Of a DNA stretch of 64,000 nt, positions 1 through 10,324 are shown in pieces. Origin of the DNA: an uncultured delta proteobacterium (lineage in GTDB: Bacteria; Desulfobacterota; Zymogenia; Zymogenales; Zymogenaceae); contig CAWBYW010000009.1 in NCBI GenBank assembly GCA_963792965.1, positions 273,283-337,282 of the forward strand, given 5' to 3'. The notes beneath the pieces are model-generated. The model did no database searches. It had not been told where the DNA came from and saw only the letters and a program-made list of their open reading frames with translations. Position 1 is the stretch's first letter. The number at the start of each line of letters is the position of its first letter. A program made the position numbers and the translations under genes.

Positions 1-618
1 AGTCGAGGAGGTGCATAAAAAGACCCTCGAGCTCCTCTTCCCCCAGCAGAACACCCTGGTTCGGGGCCAGTCCGATATCGTCATCTACGGCGTCCCGAAT
101 TTCTGCCCCTATTCGACCTTCTCGACCATCAACCCTATGCTGGTCATCACGATGGCGATGGGGTACTACTTCAACTGCCACCGTAACAAGCCGCTCGTCA
201 AGAAGAACGGTGTCGTGATCATCAATAATCCGCTGACGGAGCAGTTCAACCCGAGGCATCATCCCTCCTATATCGACTTCTACAAAAAGTACCTCCCCAG
301 CACGCCAACCCGGAGACGATCCCCGAAAAGCTCGAGGAAGCATTCGCGAAGGATCAGAACTATATCGACCTGTACCGGACACAGTTCGCCTTCCACGGCG
401 TGCATGCGATCCTGGCATGGTATTGGGCCTCCAAGGGGCTCACCCACGTAAAAAACGTGATCGCCGCGGGGGCCGACCCCGAAGTTGCCAAGCACCTGGG
501 GCTCCTGCCCGCCGCCGACCTCACCTCCGCCATTACGATGGCTGAGGAGATCATGGGCAAAGACGCCTCGCTCTCCTACCACTACCTGATCCCGCTCTCA
601 GCGGTGGACGTAACGTAG
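1..618 (+). CDS. Lactate racemase (LarA/DUF2088)-like domain protein, C-terminal part; 5' end outside window; one apparent frameshift near 310-320
   Basis: ORFs 11..451 and 400..618 join into GQSDIVIYGVP...PLVKKNGVVII...HHPSYIDF...FAFHGVH..WYW, matching the recalled C-terminus of LarA-domain proteins. Confidence 0.6.
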
Positions 619-718
619 GCCGCCATTACGGGAACAGAACAGTGGACAAGATACGGCGACTTTCGATAGATGAAAGTCTGTGCCCGATATCGGGCAACCC
701 ATGTGGTGGAGGTAGTAA

Positions 719-1771
719 ATGAAGAAGATCATTGTCGCAATTTTGGCTTTATTCTCTCTGGCTCTCTTTCTCCCGGCCGCTTTCGCGGCCGACCCCGATG
801 CGCGCTTTGCGCCGACGCTGAGGGTAGGCGTCGCCTTTGACGCCGAGGCGCCCCACCCTGTCGTTCGTAGACCGGGACGCAAATCTGCTCAACATCAAGA
901 CACTCGACGTGAGCCTTCCGAACGCCGGCCGGCTCTACCTTGCCACCGAGCTCCCCTACAGGGTGACCGACCGGCTCACGGTCTCGCTTGAGGGCGACTG
1001 GACGTTTTCCGGCTCCGGCAGGGAGATGGACGAGGCATACAGCGGTGCTTTGGCCGCGGCAGCCAGGCAGTGGGACGCCGACGGCACCCTCCACTGGGTA
1101 TCGGCCGATTTCTTGGTGTCGTACGCCCTTATCAAGGACGCCGCGTTGATAAAAGATCTCTCGGTGGTCGCGGGCCTGCGCTGGGACTACCAGATCAATG
1201 AACTTCGACGAACGCGCGCTTCACCGGCAACATGTCTCCTCGACCGGTCGACACGATCAACTTCAGGATGCAGACCCTGACGCCCGTCGCTGGGCTCAAC
1301 TGTACCCTCACGGGCATCAAGTCACGGGATCTGGGGAGGCGACATAAACCTCCGCGTCCTGGCAGGGCCGGTCGTTTGGGGGCATGAGGATTACACCGAA
1401 AAATTCGGGAATGGGATTCAAAATTTTATTGAGTTCGATAATGACCTGAGCCACGGCTATATCGTGAAGGCCTTTGCCGACGTCACGGTGCTCTCAGGCT
1501 CAGATCGCCCCGTGTGTCGACGGCTCGCTCTCCATTTTCGCCCAGTATACCAAGACCAACGTGAAGGGCGCGATTGAGGGAGAGTCCTTCCGGGCATGGC
1601 CCGTTTCAAACGTCCCCGGGCGATTTCGAGGCTGACAACAGCGTGTTCGTCGTCGGCATCGCCGCATCCTTGGCGTTCGACATCTGCGGAAAGCCGACGC
1701 CGCCCGCCCCTCCCGCCGCGCCCGTCGTGCCGGCTCCTGCGCCCCAGCTGACGCCGATGAGCCAAAAGTAG
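719..1771 (+). CDS. Secreted, probable outer-membrane beta-barrel-like protein, paralog 1 (several frameshifts)
   Basis: SD GGAGG then MKKIIVAILALFSLALFLPAAFA signal peptide; amphipathic strands (VVAGLRWDY, VFVVGIAASLAF); Pro/Ala tail ending QLTPMSQK*; colinear with 2127..3189. Confidence 0.65.
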
Positions 1772-1797
1772 ATCGGCACTCCTACAAGATACGAACC

Positions 1798-1832
1798 GAG
1801 AGGGGCGGCCAAAAGCCGCCCCTCTCTTATTG
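1798..1832 (+). terminator. Intrinsic terminator after paralog 1
   Basis: GAGAGGGGCGGC-caaaa-GCCGCCCCTCTC followed by TTATT. Confidence 0.75.
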
Positions 1833-1946
1833 TAAGAGTCGGGTCGCATCTCGCCATCCCCTACGAATTGCCAATCTTCATGACATCCAAACGGATCTGG
1901 GGCTCGGAGCTCGGACCGGCCTTTGCCTGATGAGTGCACTTAATGC

Positions 1947-1976
1947 TTGACTCGCTATAACAAGCGACATTAGAAT
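1947..1976 (+). promoter_or_regulatory. Putative sigma70 promoter of paralog 2
   Basis: TTGACT-18bp-TAGAAT, with inverted repeat TCGCT-N5-6-AGCGA in the spacer. Confidence 0.5.
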
Positions 1977-2126
1977 CCGTTAACATGCACCGTTAGTCTC
2001 TCTTCGCGTGGACAGAGGTGGAATCTCACATCGCCACCGACCATCGTCCGTCATCGGAGCAATCCGGGCCTTCTTAGCGTTCATAGAGAGAATCCCGAAT
2101 AAGCAGCAAAACATGGGAGGTAGAAA

Positions 2127-3189
2127 ATGAAGAAGATCGTTCTCGTAATCCTGGCCTTATTCTCTTTGGCCCTCTTTATCCCGGCGGCCTTCGCGGCCGA
2201 CCCCGATGCGCTGCGTGGTTCAAGCCGACGCTGAGGGTCGGCGTCGCCTTCGACGCCGAGGCGCCCCATTACGCTTCGAACCAAGGGGAGTCGCTGTTCG
2301 GCATCGACGAGCCTCGACGCTGAGACCTCCCGAGCACCGCGCGGCCCTATCTTGCCCTCGAGCTCCCGTTTGCCGTCACCGACCGGCTCACGATAGCGCT
2401 TGACGGCACTGGTCGTTTACCGGCTCGGGAAGAGAGCTGGACGAGACGATATAACGACGCTCCGGAGTCCCGGCGAGATACTGGGATTCCGACGGCACGA
2501 GCCACTGGGTATCGGCCGACCTGCTGGTATCCTATGCCCTGATCAAGGACACGCCGGTGATAAAGGATCTCTCGGTCGTCGCCGGCCTCCGCTGGGATTA
2601 CCAGAGCGATGAGCTTTGAGCGACCCCCACACCGCTATTGGGGTCGCTATCTCGCCTGTCCGATACGATCGACTTCACGATGCAGACCCTGACGCCCGTC
2701 GCCGGGCTCACCTGCACGCTCACCGGCATCAAGCACGGCATCTGGGGGGGCGACATACACGTCGGCGTCCTGGCGGGTCCGGTCGTATGGGGGCATGAGG
2801 ATTATAAAGAGATGTTCGGGAACGATCGCCTTCCGTTGACCGTTCAAGGACGATCTGAGCCACGGCTATATCGTGAAGGCCTTCGCCGATATCACGGTGC
2901 TCTCAGGTCAGATCACCCCGTGGATCGAAGGGTCGGTATCTATTTTCGCGACAATTGACCAAGACCAACGTGAAGGGCGGTGGTGGATGGCGAAGCGATC
3001 TTCTCAGACACCGGCGGTCGTCCGCCACCGTCCCCGTTCGATTTTGAGTCCGATAGCAGCGTGGTCGTTGTCGGGATCGGCGCATCGCTGGCGTTCGACA
3101 TCTGCGGAAAGCCGACGCCGCCCGCCCCTCCGGCCGCACCCGTCGCGCCGGCTCCTGCGCCACAGCTGACGCCGATGAGCCAGAAGTAG
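2127..3189 (+). CDS. Secreted, probable outer-membrane beta-barrel-like protein, paralog 2 (several frameshifts)
   Basis: SD GGGAGG, ATG at 2127, MKKIVLVILALFSLALFIPAAFA signal peptide; near-identical C-terminal FDICGKPTPPAPPAAPVAPAPAPQLTPMSQK*. Confidence 0.65.
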
Positions 3190-3217
3190 AGCGGACTCCT
3201 ACAAGATACGTACGCAG

Positions 3218-3243
3218 AGGGGCGGCATCAAGCCGCCCCTTTC
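3218..3243. terminator. Terminator hairpin between convergent paralog 2 and radC
   Basis: AGGGGCGGC-atcaa-GCCGCCCCT then TT; homologous to hairpin at 1798. Confidence 0.65.
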
Positions 3244-3279
3244 CTACATCAGCATTTTTGCAGAGAATGGGTTGGCCGC

Positions 3280-4029
3280 CTAGCCTCTCTTCAATATCAG
3301 GTACTTTTCCTTGAACTCCTTGATCTCGCCCGCCTCCGCGAAGCTGTAATATTCTCCCTGGCCGATGATGATGTGGTCGTGGACTTCGATATCGATCATG
3401 CGGGAGGCAAACACGAGGTTCCTGGTGATTTCGTAGTCCTGGGGTGAGGGCTTGGAGTGCCCGCTTGGGTGGTTGTGGACGAATATCATGCCCGAGGCGT
3501 TATGGCGTAGCGCCTCCTCGATGATCTTGCGGGGATAGACCATCGACTGGTTGATGGTCCCCTCGTGCAGGGTCTCGGTGTGGATGATCTCATTTTTGGC
3601 GTTGAGAAAGATAACCTTGAAGACCTCGTGCTTGAGCGACATCATCGACACCTTCAGATACTTGAGCACGTCGCCGGCCGATCGGAGGTATTCGCGGTTC
3701 CTGATTCGCTCCCTGAGGTAGAGGGTGGGCGCCGCCAGAAAGAACTTTATCAGAAAGGCCGCGTTTTCCCCCATACCCCCGACCGAAAGGAGCTCCTCCC
3801 TCGGTGCCTCCAGCACCCCTTGGATGTTCTTGAACCGGCGAAGCAGCTCCTTGGCGATGGGCTTTGTGTCTCTTCTCGGGATGGCGAACGTGAGGAGAAG
3901 CTCGATGATCTCGTAGTCGGCAAGCCCCTCGCCCCCCGCCTTGATGAATCGCTCCCTCAGCCTCTTGCGGTGGCCGAGATGGTCTTGTTTATGCGCGTCT
4001 CTTTTATCCGTATCGTTTGTTGACGACAC
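3280..4029 (-). CDS. radC: RadC family (JAB/MPN domain) protein
   Basis: GHRKRLRERF N-terminus, HhH region, HNHPSG...D..HDHIIIG JAMM motif. Confidence 0.95.
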   Translation of the reverse strand: MSSTNDTDKRDAHKQDHLGHRKRLRERFIKAGGEGLADYEIIELLLTFAIPRRDTKPIAKELLRRFKNIQGVLEAPREELLSVGGMGENAAFLIKFFLAAPTLYLRERIRNREYLRSAGDVLKYLKVSMMSLKHEVFKVIFLNAKNEIIHTETLHEGTINQSMVYPRKIIEEALRHNASGMIFVHNHPSGHSKPSPQDYEITRNLVFASRMIDIEVHDHIIIGQGEYYSFAEAGEIKEFKEKYLILKRG

Positions 4030-4091
4030 CGCCGCCTCGCCAATGACTCCGACCTATTGTACTGTAAAATGGGAAAAATCAAAGAAAAATA

Positions 4092-5452
4092 TTAACTTTT
4101 GACAAGGCGGGCGATGAAAAAGCCGTCCGGTACGTCAGGCTGGTCCTCGGCAAGCCGATCGGGAGTAGAGAAGACGGCCCCATCGGAAATGAGTGGCGCG
4201 CACGCCTCCCCGACGTACGGCGTCACGTCGTCGAGTCTAAACTCCGGATGCGCGCCGAGAAAGTCGCGTACAGGCCGATACCCTCGTCCGGATTGATCGT
4301 GCAGACCGAATAGACCAGAGCGCCCCCCGCCTTCAGAAACTCGGCCGACGACTCGAGGATCTCCCGCTGTTTCTTCGCCAGTCCGGGGAGGTCTCCCGGC
4401 ACCAGCCTCCACTTGATCTCGGGGCTTCTCCTGATGATGCCGAGGGCGCTGCAGGGCGGGTCGACGAGGACCCGGTCAAACCGTGTATCCGGTATCAACG
4501 GCGCGCGCGTGATATCGGCCGCCACGACTGAGAGCGACCGGATGCCGAGACGTCGGGCGTTTTCGGGGATCTTGCGCGCCCGGCCCTCGTTTATCTCTAC
4601 CGACAACACGCTCCCCTCGTCCCCCATCAGCTCCGCGCAGAAGGTCCCCTTGATCCCCGGCGCGGCACAGACGTCCAGCACCGACATCCCCGGCCGCACG
4701 CCGAGCGCGATCGGAGAGAGCTGCGATGCCTCGTCCTGCACCGAGAAGAGCCCCTCCCGAAACGCCTCGTCCTTAAATATCGCCCCACCCCCGCGGAAAA
4801 GCACCCCGAACGGTGAAAACCTTGCCGCGGACACCGCGTAGCCGCTACCGGAGAGGCGTGCTATGAGCTCTTGTCTGGTTACCGTGGTGGCGTTCGTCCT
4901 GAGGACGACCGGGGCACGCTCGGTGTACCGGAGGGCTACGGCGGTCGCCCTATCGATGCCGAAACGATCGATGAGAAACGACGCCAGCCAACGCGGAACG
5001 GAATAGCAGATGGAGAGAAATCCGATAGGGTCCTTTTTGGGGGAGGGGTAATCGATCGTCTCTATCCCGCGCAGGGCCGACCTGAGCACGCCGTTTACAA
5101 ACGATCCCGAGCTTTTTTTGCCGAGGATTGCGGTAAGCTTCACCGCCTCATCGACCACAGCATAAGCGGGGACCTTCTCAAGGAAGAGGATCTGGTAAAG
5201 TGCGCTGCGCAGGATGTTCAACACGTCCGTATCGAGGGACGGCAGGGGTCGTTTTGAAAAGTGGGCCAGCACCCAGTCGATGTGCCCGAGGTTTCTCAGT
5301 GTGCCGTACGTGATCTCGGTGGCAAGCGCCCGATCCTCTATGGTGAGGGTCCTGTCTCTCTCCAGGAGGATATCGAGGATCGTGTCGGAATAGGCGCCGT
5401 CCTCAAGGACTGCGTTCAGCGCCCAGACGGCTGTGTTACGCGGACCCGACAT
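4092..5452 (-). CDS. rsmB: 16S rRNA m5C967 methyltransferase RsmB/Sun (frameshift near 4273)
   Basis: NusB-like N-domain, QDEASQL, DVCAAPG, DPPCS, YSVCT, and DGFFIARL in the second frame. Confidence 0.92.
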
Positions 5453-5516
5453 ATCTCTGATTCAAAATGGTAAGTGGAAATGCTGGGGCGAGCGACCGAC
5501 AAGCCGCCATGTGGGT

Positions 5517-6462
5517 TTACACAAGCGACGTTCCGATGGGGATTTTCTTTCCCCTGAGGAACTCCCCGGCCTCCATGCGTCGCTTCCCCGGCGCCTGAAG
5601 CTCCGTGATGACGACCGTCCCCCCGCGCGTGGCGACAAATATACCCGCGTCGTTCGTCCGGATTATCGTCCCCGGCGCGGCCTTGTCTCCCCCGTCGACG
5701 AGTGCGACCCTGAATATCTTGACCGTTTGATCTCCGAGGGTCGTGAAGGCACCCGGTCGGGGACTCATCCCTCTGACGCGATTCCTGATCTCGTCGGGGG
5801 TCGTCGTCCAGTCGATGCGCCCCTCTTCCTTCTTGAGCATAGGGGCGCGTGTCATTTTTGTCTGATCCTGAGCGACCGGGACGATCTTTTTTCCCTTGAT
5901 GCCTCGGATCGTCTCGACCAGGAGTTCGGCCCCGACCCAGGCAAGGCGTTCGGTTAGCTCGCCGGCGGTCTCATCCTCGCCGATTGTTACTTCGCGGGCC
6001 ATCAGGATATCTCCGGTATCCATCCCCTCGTCCAGCTGCATCGTCGTCACCCCGGTGACCGTCTCTCCGTCGATGATTGCGCGCTGGATGGGCGCCGCCC
6101 CGCGGTATTTCGGCAACAGCGACGCATGGACGTTGACACAGCCGTGGGGGGGGATTTCAAGGACGGCTTTCGGTAGGATCTGGCCGTAGGCCACCACGGC
6201 GCAGAGATCCGGCGCAATCTCGCGCAGGCTTTCGATGAATCGGGGATCTCTTGCGCTTTCGGGGGCCAGGACCGGGACACCGTGCGCCTGGGCGACTTCC
6301 TTTACCGCGCTCTGAGCCGGGCTCCATGCCACGCCCCTTGGGGCGGTCGGGCTGGGTCACCACGGCAGCCACACGGTCTTCTCCCGAAAGGAGCGCCGTT
6401 AGCGACGGGACGGCGAAGTCGGGGGTGCCCATGAAGACAATCGTGATGGGTCTACCGCTCAC
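5517..6462 (-). CDS. fmt: Methionyl-tRNA formyltransferase (extra C near 6320)
   Basis: [46 protein letters not shown]. Confidence 0.95.
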
Positions 6463-6977
6463 CGTTGTCGTCGTCCTTCTTTATGAGTCCCTTCCTGACC
6501 TTTCGCTTATAGATATCCCGCTTCAGGCCGCTCACCCTGTTGAGGAGCAGCACGCCGTCCAGGTGATCTATCTCGTGCTGGAAAACGACCGCCAAAAGAC
6601 CCGTCGGCATCAAAGATCCGCTCGTTTCCCTCCCGGTCGATCCCCGTGACGCAGACCCGTTCCTTGCGCTTGATCTTCTCGCGAAATTCCGGGAGTGACA
6701 GGCACCCCTCTTCGTAGACCTGCTCGCCGTCGCAGGATATGATTTCGGGGTTTGCCAGCAGGATCGGCTCCTTCTTCTCTTCGTCCTTGACATCCAGAAC
6801 GATGATCCGCTTATCGATGCCCACCTGGGGGGCGGCCAGCCCGACCCCGGGGGCCGCATACATCGTCTCCAGCATATCTTCCATGAGCTTCTTGATATCC
6901 CCGTTGACGTCTTCTACTTCGTCCGCCCTCTTTGAGAGGATTGGGTCCGGGAATGTTACGATATTGAGTATAGTCAT
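6452..6977 (-). CDS. def: Peptide deformylase (extra G near 6600)
   Basis: [24 protein letters not shown] motifs across two frames. Confidence 0.95.
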
Positions 6978-7009
6978 AGCGCAAAATGATTAAGTTACCT
7001 AATCTTATA

Positions 7010-9451
7010 TTATAGCATATCCGTCGGGTCGATATCAACCGATATCATAACTCCCCGGCGCTCTTTCATCCCTCCGTCGAGCCCGATCTCGCCCAGAAGC
7101 TCAAAAAGGGACCTACGCTCCTGACCCTTCATCAAAATCTGGTAGCGGTAGCGGTCCATTATCCGGGCGATGGGTGAAGGGACGGGGCCGAGGATCTCGA
7201 CGTCAAGCCCGCGGTCGGAAATGGCCCTGCGGCACTCATCGCGTATCCTGATCGACTCCCCGCACACCGCGTCCTGGTCCGTGCCGACAAGCCTGACCAG
7301 CACGATCCGCGAGAAGGGCGGGTAGGAGAGCTCGGCCCTGATTTGCCGCTCTTTTTCGGCGAACGCTGTATAGTCGTGATCGGCGGCCGCCTGTATCGCG
7401 TAGTGCTCCGGGTTATACGTCTGTATCAGCACCGTCGAGACGGTGTCCCCCCGGCCGGCCCTTCCCGCCGCCTGGGTCAGAAGGGTGAAGGTCCTCTCGC
7501 TTGACCGGAAGTCGGGCAGATTGAGTGCGATATCGGCATTGATGACGCCCACCAGCGTCACGTCCGGAAAGTCGTGCCCCTTGGCCACCATTTGCGTTCC
7601 AAGCAGGATATCGGCCTCTTTCCGCGAGAAGGCCGAAAGGATCTTCTGGACCTCCCCCTTTCTCCGGGCGATATCGCGGTCGAGCCTGCTGATCCGGGCA
7701 CCCGGCACGATGGACGAGATCTCTTCCTCTACCCGCTGGATCCCCGTGCCCATGAGGAGGAGGTTATATGAGCCGCACTTCGTGCACGTATCGGGCGCCG
7801 GGGCATGAAAGCCGCAGTAGTGGCACAGGAGGCCCGCGGGATTTTTGTGGTAGGTCAGCGTGATGCTGCACGAAGGGCAGGGGAAGTTGTAACCACAGAC
7901 GGGGCAGAGGATGAAGGACGAAAAGCCCCGCCGGTTCAACAACACGATTGCCTGGCGACCGTCCGCAACCGTGCGGCGGAGTTCGTCGGCCAGCCTCTTG
8001 GAGACGCTGCGGGTGGCAAATTCGGCTCCCTTCAGGTCCACGATCTCCACGCGCGGGAGCTTTCCCATCTTTGTCACGCGCTCGGGAAGGGTGACCAGTG
8101 AGTAGCGTCCCCTCCTCGCGTTTTCCATGCTCTCAAGAGACGGGGTGGCCGACCCGAGGACGACCGCGGCGTTCTTGAGCCTGCCCAGCATCACCGCCGC
8201 GTCCCGCGCGTGATACCGCGGCGTCTCCCCCTGCTTGTAGGAGGGGTCGTGCTCCTCGTCGACGATGATGACACCGGGCTCCGAAACGGGGAGGAAGAGG
8301 GCCGAGCGCGCCCCGAGGACGACGCGGGCTTTCTTCGCTTTCACGCGCCACCACTGGTCCAACCTCTCCCCCTCGGAGAGGCCACTGTGGAAAAGGGCGA
8401 CCGTATTGCCGAGCCGGTGAACGAACCGCGCCAGCAGCTGCGGTGTCAGCGAGATCTCCGGGACGAGCACCAGCGCGTCCCTCCCCATAGCCAAGGCCTC
8501 CTGGGCCGCCCGGATATAGACCTCGGTCTTGCCGCTGCCCGTTACCCCAAAAAGGAGCCAGACGGAAAATTCTTTCTTGCGGATCGACCCCGTGATGCCT
8601 GCCAGCGCCCGTTCCTGGGCGGGGCTGAGCTGTTCGGGGATCATCGACTCCATGTCGGGGAGCTCGATTGCCCGCTCGCGATACTCCGTCGTCACTTCCA
8701 CGGCGCCGATCCTCACCAGACGCCTTATCGGGCCCCCGAGGTCGCCCCACCGCTCTTTGAGGACGGGGTAGGCGACCTCGCCCTCTCGGCGGATATAGTC
8801 GAGGATTTCGCGCGCCTTCGGCGATCGGGCAAGCTGCGCTCCAAACCCCTCGGGCGGCTCGATCCCCGCCATCCGGACGATCTTTACGCTTCCCCGCTTT
8901 GCCCCGTGCGTGTCCATGATCTCTTCGAAGACGACGGCGCCCGCGCGCGCGAGCCTGTCAAGGTGGTATCGCACGGCCTCTTTCTTGAGCCGCCTGATAA
9001 GCGCACCCACGGTGATCCCTTTGGGGTGTGAAGCGAGTTCGAGGATATCCCGCTCGATGTCCGACTCCCCGACGCAGCCGTCCACGGCCCGGACGGTCCG
9101 CCGGGTTTCGATGGTAAAGCCCCTCGGGAGCGCCCTCTTGATCACCTCGCCGAGGGGAGCGCAATAATAGTCTGCCATGAACCGGTAAAAACGGAATGTC
9201 TCCTCGTCGAAGAGAGGCTCCGAGTCCAACACATCGATAATATCCCTGACCTCCCCCACAAACGGGTGGTCCTCCCCGATGACAAAGCCGGTTACGATCT
9301 TTCTCTTGAGCGGGATGAGCACCCGTGTCCCGAAAGACACCTTATCGACAAGCGCCGAGGGGACCCGATAGGTGAGGGTCATGCCGAGGGAAGTCGCCGG
9401 GGCGATGCGGACGAGGCGGTCCGCCGTGATGTCTGGGAGGCTCCTGGTCAT
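7010..9451 (-). CDS. priA: Primosomal protein N' helicase
   Basis: GVTGSGKT Walker A, DEEH, SATPS, Cys-rich Zn module, GTQMVAKGHDFP. Confidence 0.97.
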   Translation of the reverse strand: MTRSLPDITADRLVRIAPATSLGMTLTYRVPSALVDKVSFGTRVLIPLKRKIVTGFVIGEDHPFVGEVRDIIDVLDSEPLFDEETFRFYRFMADYYCAPLGEVIKRALPRGFTIETRRTVRAVDGCVGESDIERDILELASHPKGITVGALIRRLKKEAVRYHLDRLARAGAVVFEEIMDTHGAKRGSVKIVRMAGIEPPEGFGAQLARSPKAREILDYIRREGEVAYPVLKERWGDLGGPIRRLVRIGAVEVTTEYRERAIELPDMESMIPEQLSPAQERALAGITGSIRKKEFSVWLLFGVTGSGKTEVYIRAAQEALAMGRDALVLVPEISLTPQLLARFVHRLGNTVALFHSGLSEGERLDQWWRVKAKKARVVLGARSALFLPVSEPGVIIVDEEHDPSYKQGETPRYHARDAAVMLGRLKNAAVVLGSATPSLESMENARRGRYSLVTLPERVTKMGKLPRVEIVDLKGAEFATRSVSKRLADELRRTVADGRQAIVLLNRRGFSSFILCPVCGYNFPCPSCSITLTYHKNPAGLLCHYCGFHAPAPDTCTKCGSYNLLLMGTGIQRVEEEISSIVPGARISRLDRDIARRKGEVQKILSAFSRKEADILLGTQMVAKGHDFPDVTLVGVINADIALNLPDFRSSERTFTLLTQAAGRAGRGDTVSTVLIQTYNPEHYAIQAAADHDYTAFAEKERQIRAELSYPPFSRIVLVRLVGTDQDAVCGESIRIRDECRRAISDRGLDVEILGPVPSPIARIMDRYRYQILMKGQERRSLFELLGEIGLDGGMKERRGVMISVDIDPTDML

Positions 9452-9494
9452 CTTTCTCTGTGAAGTCGGTAAAAAGGAGGGCGTAAAGCGACGC

Positions 9495-10202
9495 TTATAT
9501 CTCTATGCCCTTGTTGACGAGTTTGGCGGCCAATTCGTCGTCGAAGATCTCCTCGGTTCCGAAGACCGTGATGCTCTTTCCGGATATCGATATCAGCTTG
9601 CGGCGGTTGAGCTCGTTGAGAACCCGGGATACCGTCTCGCGCGATGTCCCGACGATGGACGCGATGTCCTGCTGGGTGGGGCGCTTCTCGATCATGACGC
9701 CTCCCTCGACCTTCGTTCCCTCGGTTCGGGCCGAATCCAGGAGGAACCGCGCGATCCTTCCGTAGACATCCAGGAGGATCAGGTTCCCGATCCGCTCGTC
9801 GGCCCGGCGCATCCGCCGGCTCATCTCGGCAAGGATCGCCTTGGCGATGCTCGGGTTCTTCTCGATCTGGTAAAGGAAATCGTTGCGCTGTATGATGAGG
9901 AGCGTCGAATCCTCCATCGCGATGACGGTGGCAGATCTCGGCTCGCCGTCCAACAGTGACATCTCGCCGAAGAAGTCCCCGTCTTTGAGGATGGACAGGA
10001 TGATCTCCTTTCCCTCCTCGGAGTGGAGGACCACCTTCACCCTCCCCGAGAGGATAACCATGAGCGAGTCACCCCGGTCGTCCTCCTGGACAATGATGCT
10101 CTCCTTGGAGAACCGCTTGCGGATGGCGCGCTCGGCGATGATCGACAATTCTTTGTCGCCGAGGCTCTTAAATATCGGTAGTCTTTTTATTACTTCGATC
10201 AT
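9495..10202 (-). CDS. Crp/Fnr family transcriptional regulator (canonical CRP-type HTH)
   Basis: cNMP pocket FFGEMSLLDGEPRSAT; HTH TQQDIASIVGTSRETVSRVL; probable start MIEVIKRLP. Confidence 0.92.
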   Translation of the reverse strand: MIEVIKRLPIFKSLGDKELSIIAERAIRKRFSKESIIVQEDDRGDSLMVILSGRVKVVLHSEEGKEIILSILKDGDFFGEMSLLDGEPRSATVIAMEDSTLLIIQRNDFLYQIEKNPSIAKAILAEMSRRMRRADERIGNLILLDVYGRIARFLLDSARTEGTKVEGGVMIEKRPTQQDIASIVGTSRETVSRVLNELNRRKLISISGKSITVFGTEEIFDDELAAKLVNKGIEI

Positions 10203-10263
10203 ATAATACGAATTAAGCCTTTTTTTTGCTGCATCGCAGAAGAAATGGTAGCGTTTCAAGGGA

Positions 10264-10314
10264 ATATTACCCGTTTGTAAATCTGTTGTCAATATGCAAA
10301 TTTTATGGTATAGA
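10264..10314. promoter_or_regulatory. Overlapping divergent sigma70 promoters (crp-priA operon / map)
   Basis: TTGTCAA 10286-10292 gives TTGTCA-17-TATAGA (TG-extended) on + and TTGACA-17-TAATAT on -. Confidence 0.55.
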
Positions 10315-10324
10315 AGAGCAGCTC

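Noticed and set aside
1927-1960. CTGATGAG resembling a hammerhead ribozyme core
   Set aside because: No GAAA after a stem II and no stems I/III could be formed
3280-4029. radC as a marker of a mobile element
   Set aside because: Full-length chromosomal type with HhH region, in a housekeeping operon
6157-6977. Programmed frameshifting or pseudogenisation in def and fmt (also rplJ, nusG)
   Set aside because: Single extra bases in short G/C runs without slippery heptamers; typical long-read errors in essential genes
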